Position numbers and translations under genes: made by a program. From an uncultured Chlamydiae bacterium (lineage in GTDB: Bacteria > Chlamydiota > Chlamydiia > Chlamydiales > Parachlamydiaceae), in assembly GCA_963754655.1 (NCBI GenBank), contig CAVWGN010000001.1, positions 3,008,001 to 3,072,000 of the forward strand: DNA of 64,000 nucleotides, written 5' to 3'. The notes beneath the pieces were generated by a model. It saw nothing but the letters and a program-made list of their open reading frames with translations, did not search any database and was not told the DNA's origin. Below, piece by piece: positions 9,862 to 20,156 of the stretch (position 1 is its first letter; the number at the start of each line of letters is the position of its first letter).

Positions 9862-10121
9862 CTGTTACCTCTTATTCGTTAAACTGAAAAAAATTAATCA
9901 CTTAAAATTTTAAGAGAATCGGAAAAAATAGATATTCAATTCCCTGATCTTATATTATAACATACATTTAATTAATTATTTATTAATCTATTATTTAGGT
10001 GTGATTAAAAGTGGTTGAAAAAGGATAAAAGGGACATAAAAGACAAAAAAGACTAAAATTGGGAAAAAGTGAGTTCTACTGCTTTTGCCTTTTGTCAACC
10101 CTATTCTTTACGCGGGAAATC

Positions 10122-13100
10122 ATGACTCAAGAGACCCTTCCTTCATTCTCTAATAAGACACCTGATTTTGACCTCATGCAAGCTGTCAAGCTTGAAGGGG
10201 AGAAATTCCAAGAGTACTATCTTTGGCTTGAACGCGCCATGCCGCGCGTGTTTTTTGAAGAAGTTAGTCGTGAAAATCTCATGCTCATTACGCACAGTTT
10301 AATGGGTTTTAATCTGCAAGATTATTTTTCCACTATTAACCGCAAAAATGCCGCTATTGGACTCTGCCTCGATAGTCCTGATGCCGATTTACGCATTTTG
10401 CATCCTTTTACCTCTTATGGAATTAAAAACTATCAGGCCTATGTTTCGAAAGAACCTGTTCCCTTTCCAGGTTTAACAGCTCATCTGCGCATTGCCACTA
10501 TTGACTTTACAGAAGCCATTGAGACAAGCGAAAAAAATTTTTCCTTAGAGGCTAAAGAGATACTGCGCACTTTGCTCAAAAAAGAAAATCCTTTGCTAAC
10601 AGATAAAGAATTTGAGGCCTGTTTAGCAAAAATGAATACCCGTTTTCTTTTAGCACTTGCCTCCTGAACGTTTAGCTTTGGCAATTCATTTGTTATATCG
10701 TGCCCAAACACGAGATAACTGCCAATATGAAGTCCGCTATGAAGAGCATTGGCAAGAAAAAGGAACTGCTTCCATGTATATCGTCCTAGCATGGCGCAAT
10801 ACTCCTAAGCATAATTTTCTTTATCGTTTAGCACGGGTTGTGTATCGTCATGGCTTAAGTGTAAGAAGAGTGAATGCCACCTACACCGACCCTTCTAATA
10901 AGCAAAGTGTGCTAGTGATGGCTTTAAGCCTGCATGGCAGCAATGGGCAAGCAGTTTGGGATGTAGCCGATATTCCTGATCTTTTGCGCGAAATTTCCAC
11001 GGTCAAATACTTTGAAGCCTTTGATGCCATCGATGAACATTTGGTTTCTCCCGGTATTATTTCGGGAAACATGGGTAATCTCTTGCGCGCCATGGTCACC
11101 TTCATTCATCAAGCATTGGTTAATATTGACACCAATGCCTATACCATCGAAAATGTCGAAGAAGCGCTTTGCCGCCATCCTGAACTAACACTACAACTTT
11201 GTGAAACCTTTAAGCTTCGCTTTGATCCGGCTCATTGCAATTTGGAAAAATTTGCTGAAGCCCGTAAAATTTTTTTTGCTGATGTTGCTCAATTGGATAC
11301 AGGACAAGAGGGCAATGACACACGTCGAAAAAATGTTTTGCGCCAAGGAATGAACTTTATCAGCTCACACTTTAAAAACTAACTGTTATCGTCTCAACTA
11401 TACAGCTCTTAGTTTTCGCTTAGATCCCAAGTATTTGGATGAGATTCCCTTTGATCGCGCCAAAAAATTTCCCGAACTTCCTTATGCCATTTTCTTTATC
11501 AAGGGAATGCATTTTTTTGCCTTTCACATCCGTTTTAAAAATTTAGCTCGCGGAGGACTGCGCACCATTTATCCCGAGCAAGTTGAACAAATGGTGGCTG
11601 AACGCAATCATGTCTTTACAGAATGCTACCATCTTGCTTGGACACAGCATAAAAAGAATAAAGATATTCCCGAAGGGGGTGCCAAAGCAGTGATTTTTTT
11701 GCAGCCTTTTTCTCAAATCGATTTTGAATCTCCTATCCTTAAAAAGGAACTGGAGTGGTTAAAAATTCATCAAAATGAAATAGAAAAACGCATTCAAGCC
11801 TTTCGGCAAGAACAAAAAATGGAATATCTCCACCAATCGCAAAGAGCTTTTGTCGACAGTTTAATCACTATTGTCAACTGCGATCAAGATGGGAAAATCC
11901 GCGCCAGATTTATTGTGGATTACTGGAAACAGCCTGAATATATCTATTTGGGCCCTGATGAAAACATGCACGATTCTATGATTGATTGGATTGCCAATTT
12001 CAGTAAGAAATATCACTATAAGCCTGGAGGAGCATTTATTTCCAGCAAGCCTGTAACTGGGATTAACCATAAGCAATATGGCGTGACTTCTTTAGGGATT
12101 AACGTCTATATGCACCAAATATTGGAATACATTGGCATTCATCCGGAAAAAGAGATTTTTACCGTCAAAATGACCGGCGGCCCTGATGGCGATGTAGCGG
12201 GCAATCAACTTCTTAATCTCTACAACTTTTATCCACATACTGCAAAGGTCATTGCTCTCACAGATGGAACGGGGACCATTCGCGATGATCAAGGCTTAGA
12301 TCTTGCCATTCTCAAAGACTTATTTTATCAAGGCAAAGGCATTTGCTTTTATCCTCCAGAAAAGCTTTCGTCTGGCAGCTTTCTTATCAATAAAAATATC
12401 AAGCGCTATCCTTCGGCTTATATTCAAGAGACCTTATGTTGGCGCAAAATGAAAGATCGCGTCATCGAAGATTGGTTATCTGGAAGCGATACTAATCATC
12501 TCTTGCGCATCAATGTTCATCAAACTCAAACCGATATTTTTATTCCGGCCGGCGGACGCCCTCGCACCTTAAATGAAACCAATATTAAAGAATTTCTCAA
12601 TTCCGCAGGCAATCCGACTTCGCGTGCCATTATTGAAGGAGCAAATCTGTATCTTAACAATAAAGCACGCCGCTTTCTTGAAGAAAAAGGAGTACTCATC
12701 ATTAAAGACAGCTCGGCTAATAAAGGGGGCGTCATCTGCTCATCTTTTGAAGTTCTTTGCGGTTTATCCATTAATGATGAAACTTTTATTCAAAACAAAC
12801 CTGCTTTGGTCTCGGAGATTCTCGAGCGGGTAAAAGAATGCGCAGCTAACGAAGCGGACCTACTCTTGCGTACTCATAAAAAAACAGGCGATTTTTTAAC
12901 TTCTATTTCCGAACGCATCTCTGATCATATCAACCAATATACTTATCAGCTCTTAGATTACCTGGATTTTCTGCCGCTGCCTAATAGCGTTCAAGATCCT
13001 ATGATTCGCTGTTTCTTGAATTATTGCCTTCCTACCCTGCGCCTTCAGTTTACTCCCGAATTAATGCGCGAAATTCCCGACCACCATAAAAAAGCCATCA

Positions 13101-13210
13101 TTTCCCGTCATCTTGCCTCTTATATGGTTTATAAAAAAGGACTCGATTGGTCTCCCTCTATTGTCGATATTCTTCCCCTCATTTTAGCCGGAACTGAATT
13201 AACGACTTAA
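10122..13210 (+). pseudogene. gdhB: Large NAD-specific glutamate dehydrogenase (GDH2/GdhB type, about 1028 aa if repaired), interrupted by two +1 frameshifts
   Basis: Three consecutive ORFs in successive frames. Motifs: HTLKTN, SFRLDP, FHIRFKNLARGGLR, KNKDIPEGGAK, YLGPDEN, HKQYGVTS, GGPDGDVAGN, EGANL, DSSANKGGVICSSFE. Extra bases at about 10656-10659 and about 11362. Confidence 0.85.
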
Positions 13211-13215
13211 AAAAT

Positions 13216-13242
13216 CCAGCACTTAATCAATTCGAGTGCTAA
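13216..13242 (+). promoter_or_regulatory. CIRCE operator (HrcA-binding site)
   Basis: CCAGCACTT-N9-GAGTGCTAA versus consensus TTAGCACTC-N9-GAGTGCTAA, just upstream of the hrcA promoter. Confidence 0.92.
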
Positions 13243-13247
13243 TTTTA

Positions 13248-13276
13248 TTGACGGAATAGAGCCTCTATTTTATAAT
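13248..13276 (+). promoter_or_regulatory. sigma66/sigma70 promoter of hrcA-grpE-dnaK
   Basis: TTGACG, 17-bp spacer, TATAAT; RBS AGGAG before the TTG start. Confidence 0.88.
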
Positions 13277-13299
13277 TAAGTGCAATAGGAGATAAGAAA

Positions 13300-14469
13300 T
13301 TGAAGACGTGGAAACCGGTTTCGATTAAACGCATAGGCAAACAAGATCGCGAGCGCAAGGTATTATTAGGGTTAGTGGAGTATTACATCCAAACTGGTAA
13401 ACCTGTGGGTTCGAATACTTTAAAAGAGGCTGGATTTGGAGATTTAAGCTCTGCAACGATTCGCAATTATTTTGCGAATTTAGAAGAGACGGGCTATTTG
13501 ACGCAATCTCATTCCTCAGGAGGACGGATTCCGACTTATTTAGCTTATCGCACGTATGCAGAGACATATCTCGAACAAGATCCTCTTGACCTTAAGGGAG
13601 ACCAATTTCAATCTTTATGCCAATTTGAATCACGCGAGATCGCATTTTTTCTACAGGAAGCAGCAGAATTACTTAGCAAGATGAGTCAATGCGCGGTATT
13701 TTTATCTGCACCTCGTTTTGATCACGATTTTGTGATTGATATTAAGTTGGTGGGTTTGGATGCCTTTCGCTGTCTTTGCGTATTAATTACTGATTTTGGT
13801 GTGGTACAAACCGAGATTTTACGTTTACCTGAGAAACTCTCCTCCTTTGCCATTAAGCGCATTGAAAGTTATTTTCATTGGCGTTTGACAGGCATAGGGC
13901 AACCGGAGAATTTGGAACCTCAAGAAGAGGTCATTGGACAAGCATTTTACAATGAATTGATGCTACGCTATATTGTAGGTTACTCAAACTTTATAGATGA
14001 GGACATTTATCGCACGGGATTTTCCCATCTTTTGACCTACTCAGATTTCCATGATACGAGACTATTAGCAACCGGGCTCTCTTTATTTGAGAATGTCCAA
14101 AGCATGCGTCTCCTATTAAAAGAATGCATGGCATTGGATCGCTTAAAATTTTGGATTGGAGACGATTTGAATCATTACGCTCCTCAATCTAATTGTTCGA
14201 TCCTTGCCATTCCCTACTATATTAATCATACAGCTGTAGGGGCAGTAGGGCTATTAGGACCCGCACGATTACCTTATCGCTTATTATTTAGTATTCTGCG
14301 TCTTTTTTCTGAGGGTGTAAGTGAAACTTTAACGCGTAATATTTATAAATTCAAGATTAGCTTCCGGCAGCCTGAAACAGGCAAGCTTTATTTACAAAAA
14401 GAAGAATATCGACTCATCGGGCAATCGCGTCTTATTCTATTAGAAGACAAGCGGACAAGAGAAGCTTAA
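13300..14469 (+). CDS. hrcA: Heat-inducible transcription repressor HrcA
   Basis: YIQTGKPVGS, SSATIRN, HSSGGRIPT, GAVGLLGPARLPY; has the chlamydial C-terminal extension; CIRCE upstream. Confidence 0.96.
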   Translation: MKTWKPVSIKRIGKQDRERKVLLGLVEYYIQTGKPVGSNTLKEAGFGDLSSATIRNYFANLEETGYLTQSHSSGGRIPTYLAYRTYAETYLEQDPLDLKGDQFQSLCQFESREIAFFLQEAAELLSKMSQCAVFLSAPRFDHDFVIDIKLVGLDAFRCLCVLITDFGVVQTEILRLPEKLSSFAIKRIESYFHWRLTGIGQPENLEPQEEVIGQAFYNELMLRYIVGYSNFIDEDIYRTGFSHLLTYSDFHDTRLLATGLSLFENVQSMRLLLKECMALDRLKFWIGDDLNHYAPQSNCSILAIPYYINHTAVGAVGLLGPARLPYRLLFSILRLFSEGVSETLTRNIYKFKISFRQPETGKLYLQKEEYRLIGQSRLILLEDKRTREA

Positions 14470-14560
14470 AAAAAGATTAAAGATTTTGACAAAGGTCCAG
14501 GATTCAACCGGAAGGGTATTCCTAAAAGAGCGAAGTTAGAAAGAGGAGAAAAAAATATTT

Positions 14561-15181
14561 ATGGTGAACCAAGAAAAACAAGAACCATTTCATCAAAGCG
14601 AAAATACTCAATCTGAAACTCCTGGTGATCAAGGAGAATATGAATTTGATTCCGGGCTCAAACCTAAACAAGTTTTAGTAACGGATGAGGACCTTCGATC
14701 ACTGCAAAGAGAACTGCTAGAATATAAGGACAAATATTTGCGCCTTTTAGCTGAGGGTGAGAATGCGCGCAAACGTTTGCAAAAAGAACGCCAAGAAATG
14801 ACACGCTATGCAGTAGAAGGCTTAATTATCGATTTGCTTCGGCCTCTTGATAATTTTGAAAATGCTCAACGCTTTGCTCAAGAAATGTCTGATGAGGTGA
14901 GAAATTGGGCATTTGGCTTTCAAATGATCTTGACACAATTTAAAGATGTCTTGGCTCAACATGGCGTGATGCCGTTTGATTCACTTGGCAAGCCATTTAA
15001 TCCTCATGATCACGAAGCAATAGAAATGGTAGAATCAACGACACAGCCACCGGGCATCATTGTTGAAGAAAATGTACGGGGCTATAAAATGGGAGATCGT
15101 ACTATCCGTGCTGCGCGTGTTAAAGTTGCGAAACAACCCACAGAGAAGCCCACACCCTCTCAAGAACAAAATTCAAAATGA
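14561..15181 (+). CDS. grpE: Nucleotide exchange factor GrpE
   Basis: YLRLLAEGENARKR, FNPHDHEAI, GYKMGDRTIRAARVKV; lies between hrcA and dnaK. Confidence 0.96.
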   Translation: MVNQEKQEPFHQSENTQSETPGDQGEYEFDSGLKPKQVLVTDEDLRSLQRELLEYKDKYLRLLAEGENARKRLQKERQEMTRYAVEGLIIDLLRPLDNFENAQRFAQEMSDEVRNWAFGFQMILTQFKDVLAQHGVMPFDSLGKPFNPHDHEAIEMVESTTQPPGIIVEENVRGYKMGDRTIRAARVKVAKQPTEKPTPSQEQNSK

Positions 15182-15209
15182 AAACATTTAATTTTAGGGA
15201 GTTTTGACT

Positions 15210-17201
15210 ATGAGTCAAACAAAAGATCAAAAAAAAGGTCATATTATTGGAATTGACTTAGGAACGACTAATTCCTGTGTTTCTGTCATGGAAGGAGGCA
15301 CGCCTAAAGTCATTGCTTCTGCAGAAGGGACAAGGACTACTCCTTCTGTCGTTGCCTATAAAGGAACTGAACGTTTAGTGGGAATTCCAGCTAAACGCCA
15401 AGCTGTCACAAACCCAGAAAATACCATTACTTCATCTAAGCGCTTTATTGGCCGCAAGTACCAAGAAGTGCTCAATGAAATCAAAATGGTCCCTTACAAA
15501 GTGACTAGCAATAGCAATGGAGATGCTGTTTTTGAAGTGCTAGGCAAAATGGTGTCGCCCGAAGAGGTGGGTGCTCAAATTTTGATCAAAATGAAAGAAA
15601 CCGCCGAGGCCTATTTAGGTGAAAAAGTGACAGAGGCAGTCATTACTGTTCCTGCTTACTTTAATGACTCGCAACGTCAATCCACAAAAGATGCGGGGCG
15701 CATTGCTGGTTTGGATGTCAAGCGGATCATTCCTGAGCCTACGGCTGCGGCTTTGGCTTATGGACTCGACAAGCAAAAAACCGAGAAGAAAATTGCTGTT
15801 TTCGACTTAGGCGGTGGAACTTTTGATATTTCCATTCTGGAAATTGGCGATGGAGTCTTCGAAGTTCTTTCAACTAACGGAGATACGCACCTGGGAGGAG
15901 ATGATTTTGATAATGAAATTCTCAAATGGATCATTGATTCTTTCCGCCAAGAGCATGGAATCGATCTCAGCCATGATAAAATGGCCTTGCAGCGTTTGCG
16001 CGATGCAGCTGAAAAAGCCAAAATTGAGCTTTCCGGCGTTCAGTCTACGGAAATCAATCAGCCCTTCATTACTATGGATGCTTCAGGACCCAAGCACTTA
16101 GCCCTCACTTTAACGCGTGCTAAGCTCGAAAATCTCACTCATAACCTCATTGAACGCACCCGTGAGCCTTGCTTAAAAGCCTTAAAAGATTCAGGTCTGA
16201 CAAAGGATGACATTGGCGAAGTGATCCTAGTAGGAGGAATGAGCCGCATGCCTGCTGTCCAAGAGATGGTTAAATCCATTTTTGGCAAGGAAGGACATAA
16301 GGGAGTCAATCCAGATGAAGTCGTGGCAGTCGGAGCCGCCATTCAAGGGGGCGTTTTGACAGGCGTTGTCAAAGATGTCTTATTGCTTGATGTTACTCCT
16401 TTAACGCTTGGGATTGAGACTCTGGGTGGAATCATGACACCTTTAGTTGAGCGCAATACAACGATTCCGACGCAGAAAAAACAAGTCTTTTCTACAGCTG
16501 CCGATAATCAACCTGCTGTGACCATTCGGGTTTTACAAGGCGAGCGCAAGATGGCTAATGATAACAAGGAAATTGGACGGTTCGATCTATCCGATATTCC
16601 TCCAGCTCCACGTGGAATGCCTCAAGTTGAAGTTTCCTTTGACATTGATGCCGACGGAATTCTACACGTTTCTGCTAAGGATCTCTCTAGTGGAAAAGAG
16701 CAAAAAATCCGCATCGAAGCGCAATCAGGACTGCAAGAAGAGGAGATCAAGCGTATGGTTCGCGATGCCGAACAGCACTCCGAAGAAGACAAAAAGCGCA
16801 AAGAAGAAGTGGAAGCACGCAATGAAGCTGACGCCCTTGTCTTCCGTGCAGAGAAAGCATTGAATGAATACAAAGACAAGCTTCCTCAACATGTTATCGC
16901 TGAGGTCACAAGCAAAATTGATGCTGTGAAGAAAGCCTTAGAAAGTCAAGATATAGGCCGCATTCGCGCTGCAAAAGCCGAACTTGAACGCAGCATGCAG
17001 CATATTGGCGAAGCCATGTCTAAAGCTGGAGCTGGCTCAAGTGGCCATGGCCCTACGGAAGAACACTCCTCAGCCGGTGCCGGTTCTTCTTTTGCTGGTG
17101 GCGGTCAAAAAGGAGGCCAACAACAGCAACGTCAGCAAGGAAGAGATTCCGATGACATTGAAGAAGCTGATGTTGAAATCATTGACGATAATAAACCTTA
17201 G
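15210..17201 (+). CDS. dnaK: Chaperone DnaK (Hsp70)
   Basis: [39 protein letters not shown] at 15210. Confidence 0.99.
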   Translation: MSQTKDQKKGHIIGIDLGTTNSCVSVMEGGTPKVIASAEGTRTTPSVVAYKGTERLVGIPAKRQAVTNPENTITSSKRFIGRKYQEVLNEIKMVPYKVTSNSNGDAVFEVLGKMVSPEEVGAQILIKMKETAEAYLGEKVTEAVITVPAYFNDSQRQSTKDAGRIAGLDVKRIIPEPTAAALAYGLDKQKTEKKIAVFDLGGGTFDISILEIGDGVFEVLSTNGDTHLGGDDFDNEILKWIIDSFRQEHGIDLSHDKMALQRLRDAAEKAKIELSGVQSTEINQPFITMDASGPKHLALTLTRAKLENLTHNLIERTREPCLKALKDSGLTKDDIGEVILVGGMSRMPAVQEMVKSIFGKEGHKGVNPDEVVAVGAAIQGGVLTGVVKDVLLLDVTPLTLGIETLGGIMTPLVERNTTIPTQKKQVFSTAADNQPAVTIRVLQGERKMANDNKEIGRFDLSDIPPAPRGMPQVEVSFDIDADGILHVSAKDLSSGKEQKIRIEAQSGLQEEEIKRMVRDAEQHSEEDKKRKEEVEARNEADALVFRAEKALNEYKDKLPQHVIAEVTSKIDAVKKALESQDIGRIRAAKAELERSMQHIGEAMSKAGAGSSGHGPTEEHSSAGAGSSFAGGGQKGGQQQQRQQGRDSDDIEEADVEIIDDNKP

Positions 17202-17250
17202 TCTCTAGAAGAGGCAGATTCCTGTCTCTCCTCTATTCTAGGTAAAAAAT

Positions 17251-17295
17251 AAGAGCCAGAAGCTGAAGATCAAACAGCTTCTGGCTCTTTTGTTT
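17251..17295 (+). terminator. Rho-independent terminator of dnaK
   Basis: Perfect 15-bp stem AAGAGCCAGAAGCTG / CAGCTTCTGGCTCTT followed by TTGTTT. Confidence 0.85.
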
Positions 17296-17535
17296 CTTAG
17301 AGTTTGTTAGAATGCTGTCAGTTGAATTTTAGAAACTTAAATAATGATTTTTCTGAAATAAGGTTTAAAGCCGTCCAAATATGCACAATCATCCGATAAA
17401 AGGACTCGCTTACTTTTTTTGCAATTTTCTCATTTAACCAAGAAATAGAAACATGTTTTTTATCCTATAAAAATTCCATTCTGAAAGTTCCCCTTTTTTA
17501 TAGTTCCGTGAACATAATTCGCTTGTCCTTTTCCA

Positions 17536-17845
17536 GCTATGCGACGCCTTCAGTCGCCGCGCCGCTTCGCTCTGGGCTCTAGGTGAGAGGGTTGAGGACC
17601 CACCGTTCGGTCGCCCTCCGGGCTCTGTCACGGTGGGCTAATATCAGTCGTCCTCCGGACTCTAGCGGCATTATCAAAACGCCTTACTTAACATTCAATG
17701 GCTTTTACACTGCTGCTAGAGTCCGGAGGACGACTGATATTAGCCCACCGTGACAGAGCCCGGAGGGCGACCGAACGGTGGGTCCTCAACCCTCTCACCT
17801 AGAGCCCAGAGCGAAGCGGCGCGGCGACTGAAGGCGTCGCGTAGC
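17536..17845. repeat. 310-bp GC-rich fold-back element (135-bp inverted arms, 40-bp spacer), REP/REPIN-like
   Basis: 17536-17670 is the reverse complement of 17711-17845 with about two mismatches; nested hairpins GTCC-GGA-GGAC, GCCC-GGA-GGGC, CCCACCGT..ACGGTGGG and GCGAAGC. Confidence 0.95.
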
Positions 17846-17898
17846 CTAAGCTCATCTGTCTGTTGTCTGTTAAACGCTTACATGTTAAAGCCAATTGA

Positions 17899-18390
17899 CT
17901 ATTCTAGATTATGAGGGCCGAAAGCCTCAGGCAAAAGCGCTGAAAGCGTCGTTTCACGCACAATATGACCATTTTCATTGCTAATTAACACAATTAAATT
18001 AGGATTAAATTCATTGAGAACTTGGCGACAAGCACCGCAAGGAAATCCCCCATCTTTGGTGGTAATGGCAATGGCAACAAAATCTGTTATTTCTTCAGCA
18101 ACGGCTTTAAATAGAGCTACCCTTTCAGCACAGCATGTCAATCCATAGGAAGCATTCTCTACATTACAACCTTGAATCGTTACTCCCTTACTTGTTAGAA
18201 GAGCTGCTCCAACTAAATAGTGAGAATAAGGGGCATACGCTTTCTTGCGCGCTTCGCAAGCAGATTGCACAAGACTTTGTTTTGTCGTTTCATTTAAATG
18301 ATTCATATTTTCCTCAATAGGCCGAGGTTGAGCAAAAAGAATTTGCTGATTCAAAAATACAGCTAATCCAAATAACCACATTTTTCTCAT
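17899..18390 (-). CDS. cdd: Cytidine deaminase (homotetrameric type); start at either 18390 or 18306
   Basis: AYAPYS..VGAALL, GCNVENASYGLTCCAER, PCGACRQVLNEF, LLPEAF. Confidence 0.95.
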   Translation of the reverse strand: MRKMWLFGLAVFLNQQILFAQPRPIEENMNHLNETTKQSLVQSACEARKKAYAPYSHYLVGAALLTSKGVTIQGCNVENASYGLTCCAERVALFKAVAEEITDFVAIAITTKDGGFPCGACRQVLNEFNPNLIVLISNENGHIVRETTLSALLPEAFGPHNLE

Positions 18391-18540
18391 ATCTTTACCT
18401 TCTTTTGAATTAATTCGAGCAGCAGGCATATTGCAAAAGACCTACAAAAAAGTAAACTCTCATTTTTCTTTCTTGTTATCCTTTCATCGCTTATAAGAAT
18501 TTCCAAATCTGAATATGATAAGGAAAGGAGATGATCAGGT

Positions 18541-20151
18541 ATGTGGCTTCAATGGATGAAACTTTTTTTGATTCCTTTTTGTTTGCTAACATGTATAGCT
18601 TGTCGACAACCTGAAAACCCCGTCACTCAGCAAACCTCTACTTTGCGCATCAGTACTGAAGGCGATCCTCAAACGCTAGACCCTAGGCGTGTGCGAGACT
18701 TGCAAACAGCCACAGTCATTCATATGCTTTATGAGGGCTTAATGCGTGCTCAACCAGATGGACAACCCGCTCCTGCTTTGGCAGAAAGAATTACTATTTC
18801 ACCAGATCAAAAAACGTATACATTTCGATTAAGACGCAGTGCCTGGTCCAATGGTCAGCCCGTTACAGCCTATGATTTTGAACAGACATGGAAAAGCCTT
18901 CTTGATCCGCAATTTCCAAGCCCCAACGCTTACCAGCTTTATGTCATTCGAGGGGCACAAGCGGCCAAAGAAGGGCGTGCCTCCAGCGATCAAATTGGCG
19001 TTCATGCTCAAGATGACACGACTCTTGTTGTAGAGCTCGAGCAACCGACTCCTTATTTTCTTCAATTAACAGCCTCTTATTTTTATTATCCTGTCCATGC
19101 TTCTTTGCGCCAACAAGGGAGCGATTCTAGTTCCTTACCAGAATCTCAAATCTTGACAAATGGCCCCTTCAAATTGGAAAAATGGAAACGTCAAAATGAA
19201 TTGATTGCCATTCTCAATCCCCATTATTGGGATAAAAATCAGGTCCGTTTAGACCGTATTTCCTTGGTGGTATTAGATAACCCCACTGCGCTTCAGCTCT
19301 TTCAAAGAAGTGAATTGGATTGGACAGGCTCCCCTCTTTCAACTCTTTCGGTCGATGCCTTGGCTTCTTTAAGCCAACAAGGGCTATTAAAAATCATGCC
19401 AGCAGCGGGTATTTATTTATTTCGCGTCAATACGGAAAAGCCGCCTTTCAATCATGTTAAAATGCGCCAAGCTTTTGCTTTGGCTCTCAACAGAGTAGAT
19501 TTAGTTGAACATGTCTTACAAGGCAACCAAGAGCCTGCCTTTGGCCTTATTCCTTATACCTTTGCTAAAGGACAGCCTTTTTTTGAAGATGACGACCGTC
19601 AGCTTGCTCAACGTCTTTTCCAAGAGGCATTGGAAGAGCAATCTCTAACAGTGAAAGATTTTCCAACAGTGTCCATTTATTATGCTTCGGGAGAGCGTTC
19701 TCATAAAATTTCTCAAGTTGCTCAGCAGCAATGGAAAGAAGTATTAGGAGTCAAAGTGGATTTACAAAGCAGTGAAGCAAAAGTCTATTATGATCGTTTA
19801 AAAAATCATGACTACCATTTGGGAATTGGATCTTGGTTTGCCGATATTCGCGATCCTATCTCATTTTTAGAAGTCTTCAAACTAAAAGACAATGGGACTA
19901 ACAATACGCAATGGGAAAATCCACACTACATCGCTTTATTGGATCAATCTTCCCAAGCACGTCTACCTCAAGAGCGAGAAAAGCTTTTAAAACAGGCTGA
20001 AAGGATTATTATTAATGAAATGCCTATTATTCCTTTGTTTTATGCCTCCTATAATTATGTGAAAAATCCTATCCTTAAAGGGGTTTATTTCTCAGAATTA
20101 GGATATTTAGATTTCAAAAATGCTTATTTGGATTTGGATGCGAGCCATTAA
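18541..20151 (+). CDS. oppA: Oligopeptide ABC transporter substrate-binding lipoprotein
   Basis: Lipobox CIAC, DPQTLDP, YEGLMR, YTFRLR..WSNGQPVTAYDF, TNGPFKL. Confidence 0.93.
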   Translation: MWLQWMKLFLIPFCLLTCIACRQPENPVTQQTSTLRISTEGDPQTLDPRRVRDLQTATVIHMLYEGLMRAQPDGQPAPALAERITISPDQKTYTFRLRRSAWSNGQPVTAYDFEQTWKSLLDPQFPSPNAYQLYVIRGAQAAKEGRASSDQIGVHAQDDTTLVVELEQPTPYFLQLTASYFYYPVHASLRQQGSDSSSLPESQILTNGPFKLEKWKRQNELIAILNPHYWDKNQVRLDRISLVVLDNPTALQLFQRSELDWTGSPLSTLSVDALASLSQQGLLKIMPAAGIYLFRVNTEKPPFNHVKMRQAFALALNRVDLVEHVLQGNQEPAFGLIPYTFAKGQPFFEDDDRQLAQRLFQEALEEQSLTVKDFPTVSIYYASGERSHKISQVAQQQWKEVLGVKVDLQSSEAKVYYDRLKNHDYHLGIGSWFADIRDPISFLEVFKLKDNGTNNTQWENPHYIALLDQSSQARLPQEREKLLKQAERIIINEMPIIPLFYASYNYVKNPILKGVYFSELGYLDFKNAYLDLDASH

Positions 20152-20156
20152 AAACT

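Noticed and set aside
15210..17201. Absence of dnaJ after dnaK, and the Gly/Gln-rich DnaK tail
   Set aside because: An hrcA-grpE-dnaK operon without dnaJ is normal in chlamydiae, and variable low-complexity tails are common in DnaK.
17434..17631. 65-aa ORF in the dnaK-cdd intergenic region
   Set aside because: It starts inside the GC-rich palindrome and has no protein-like features.
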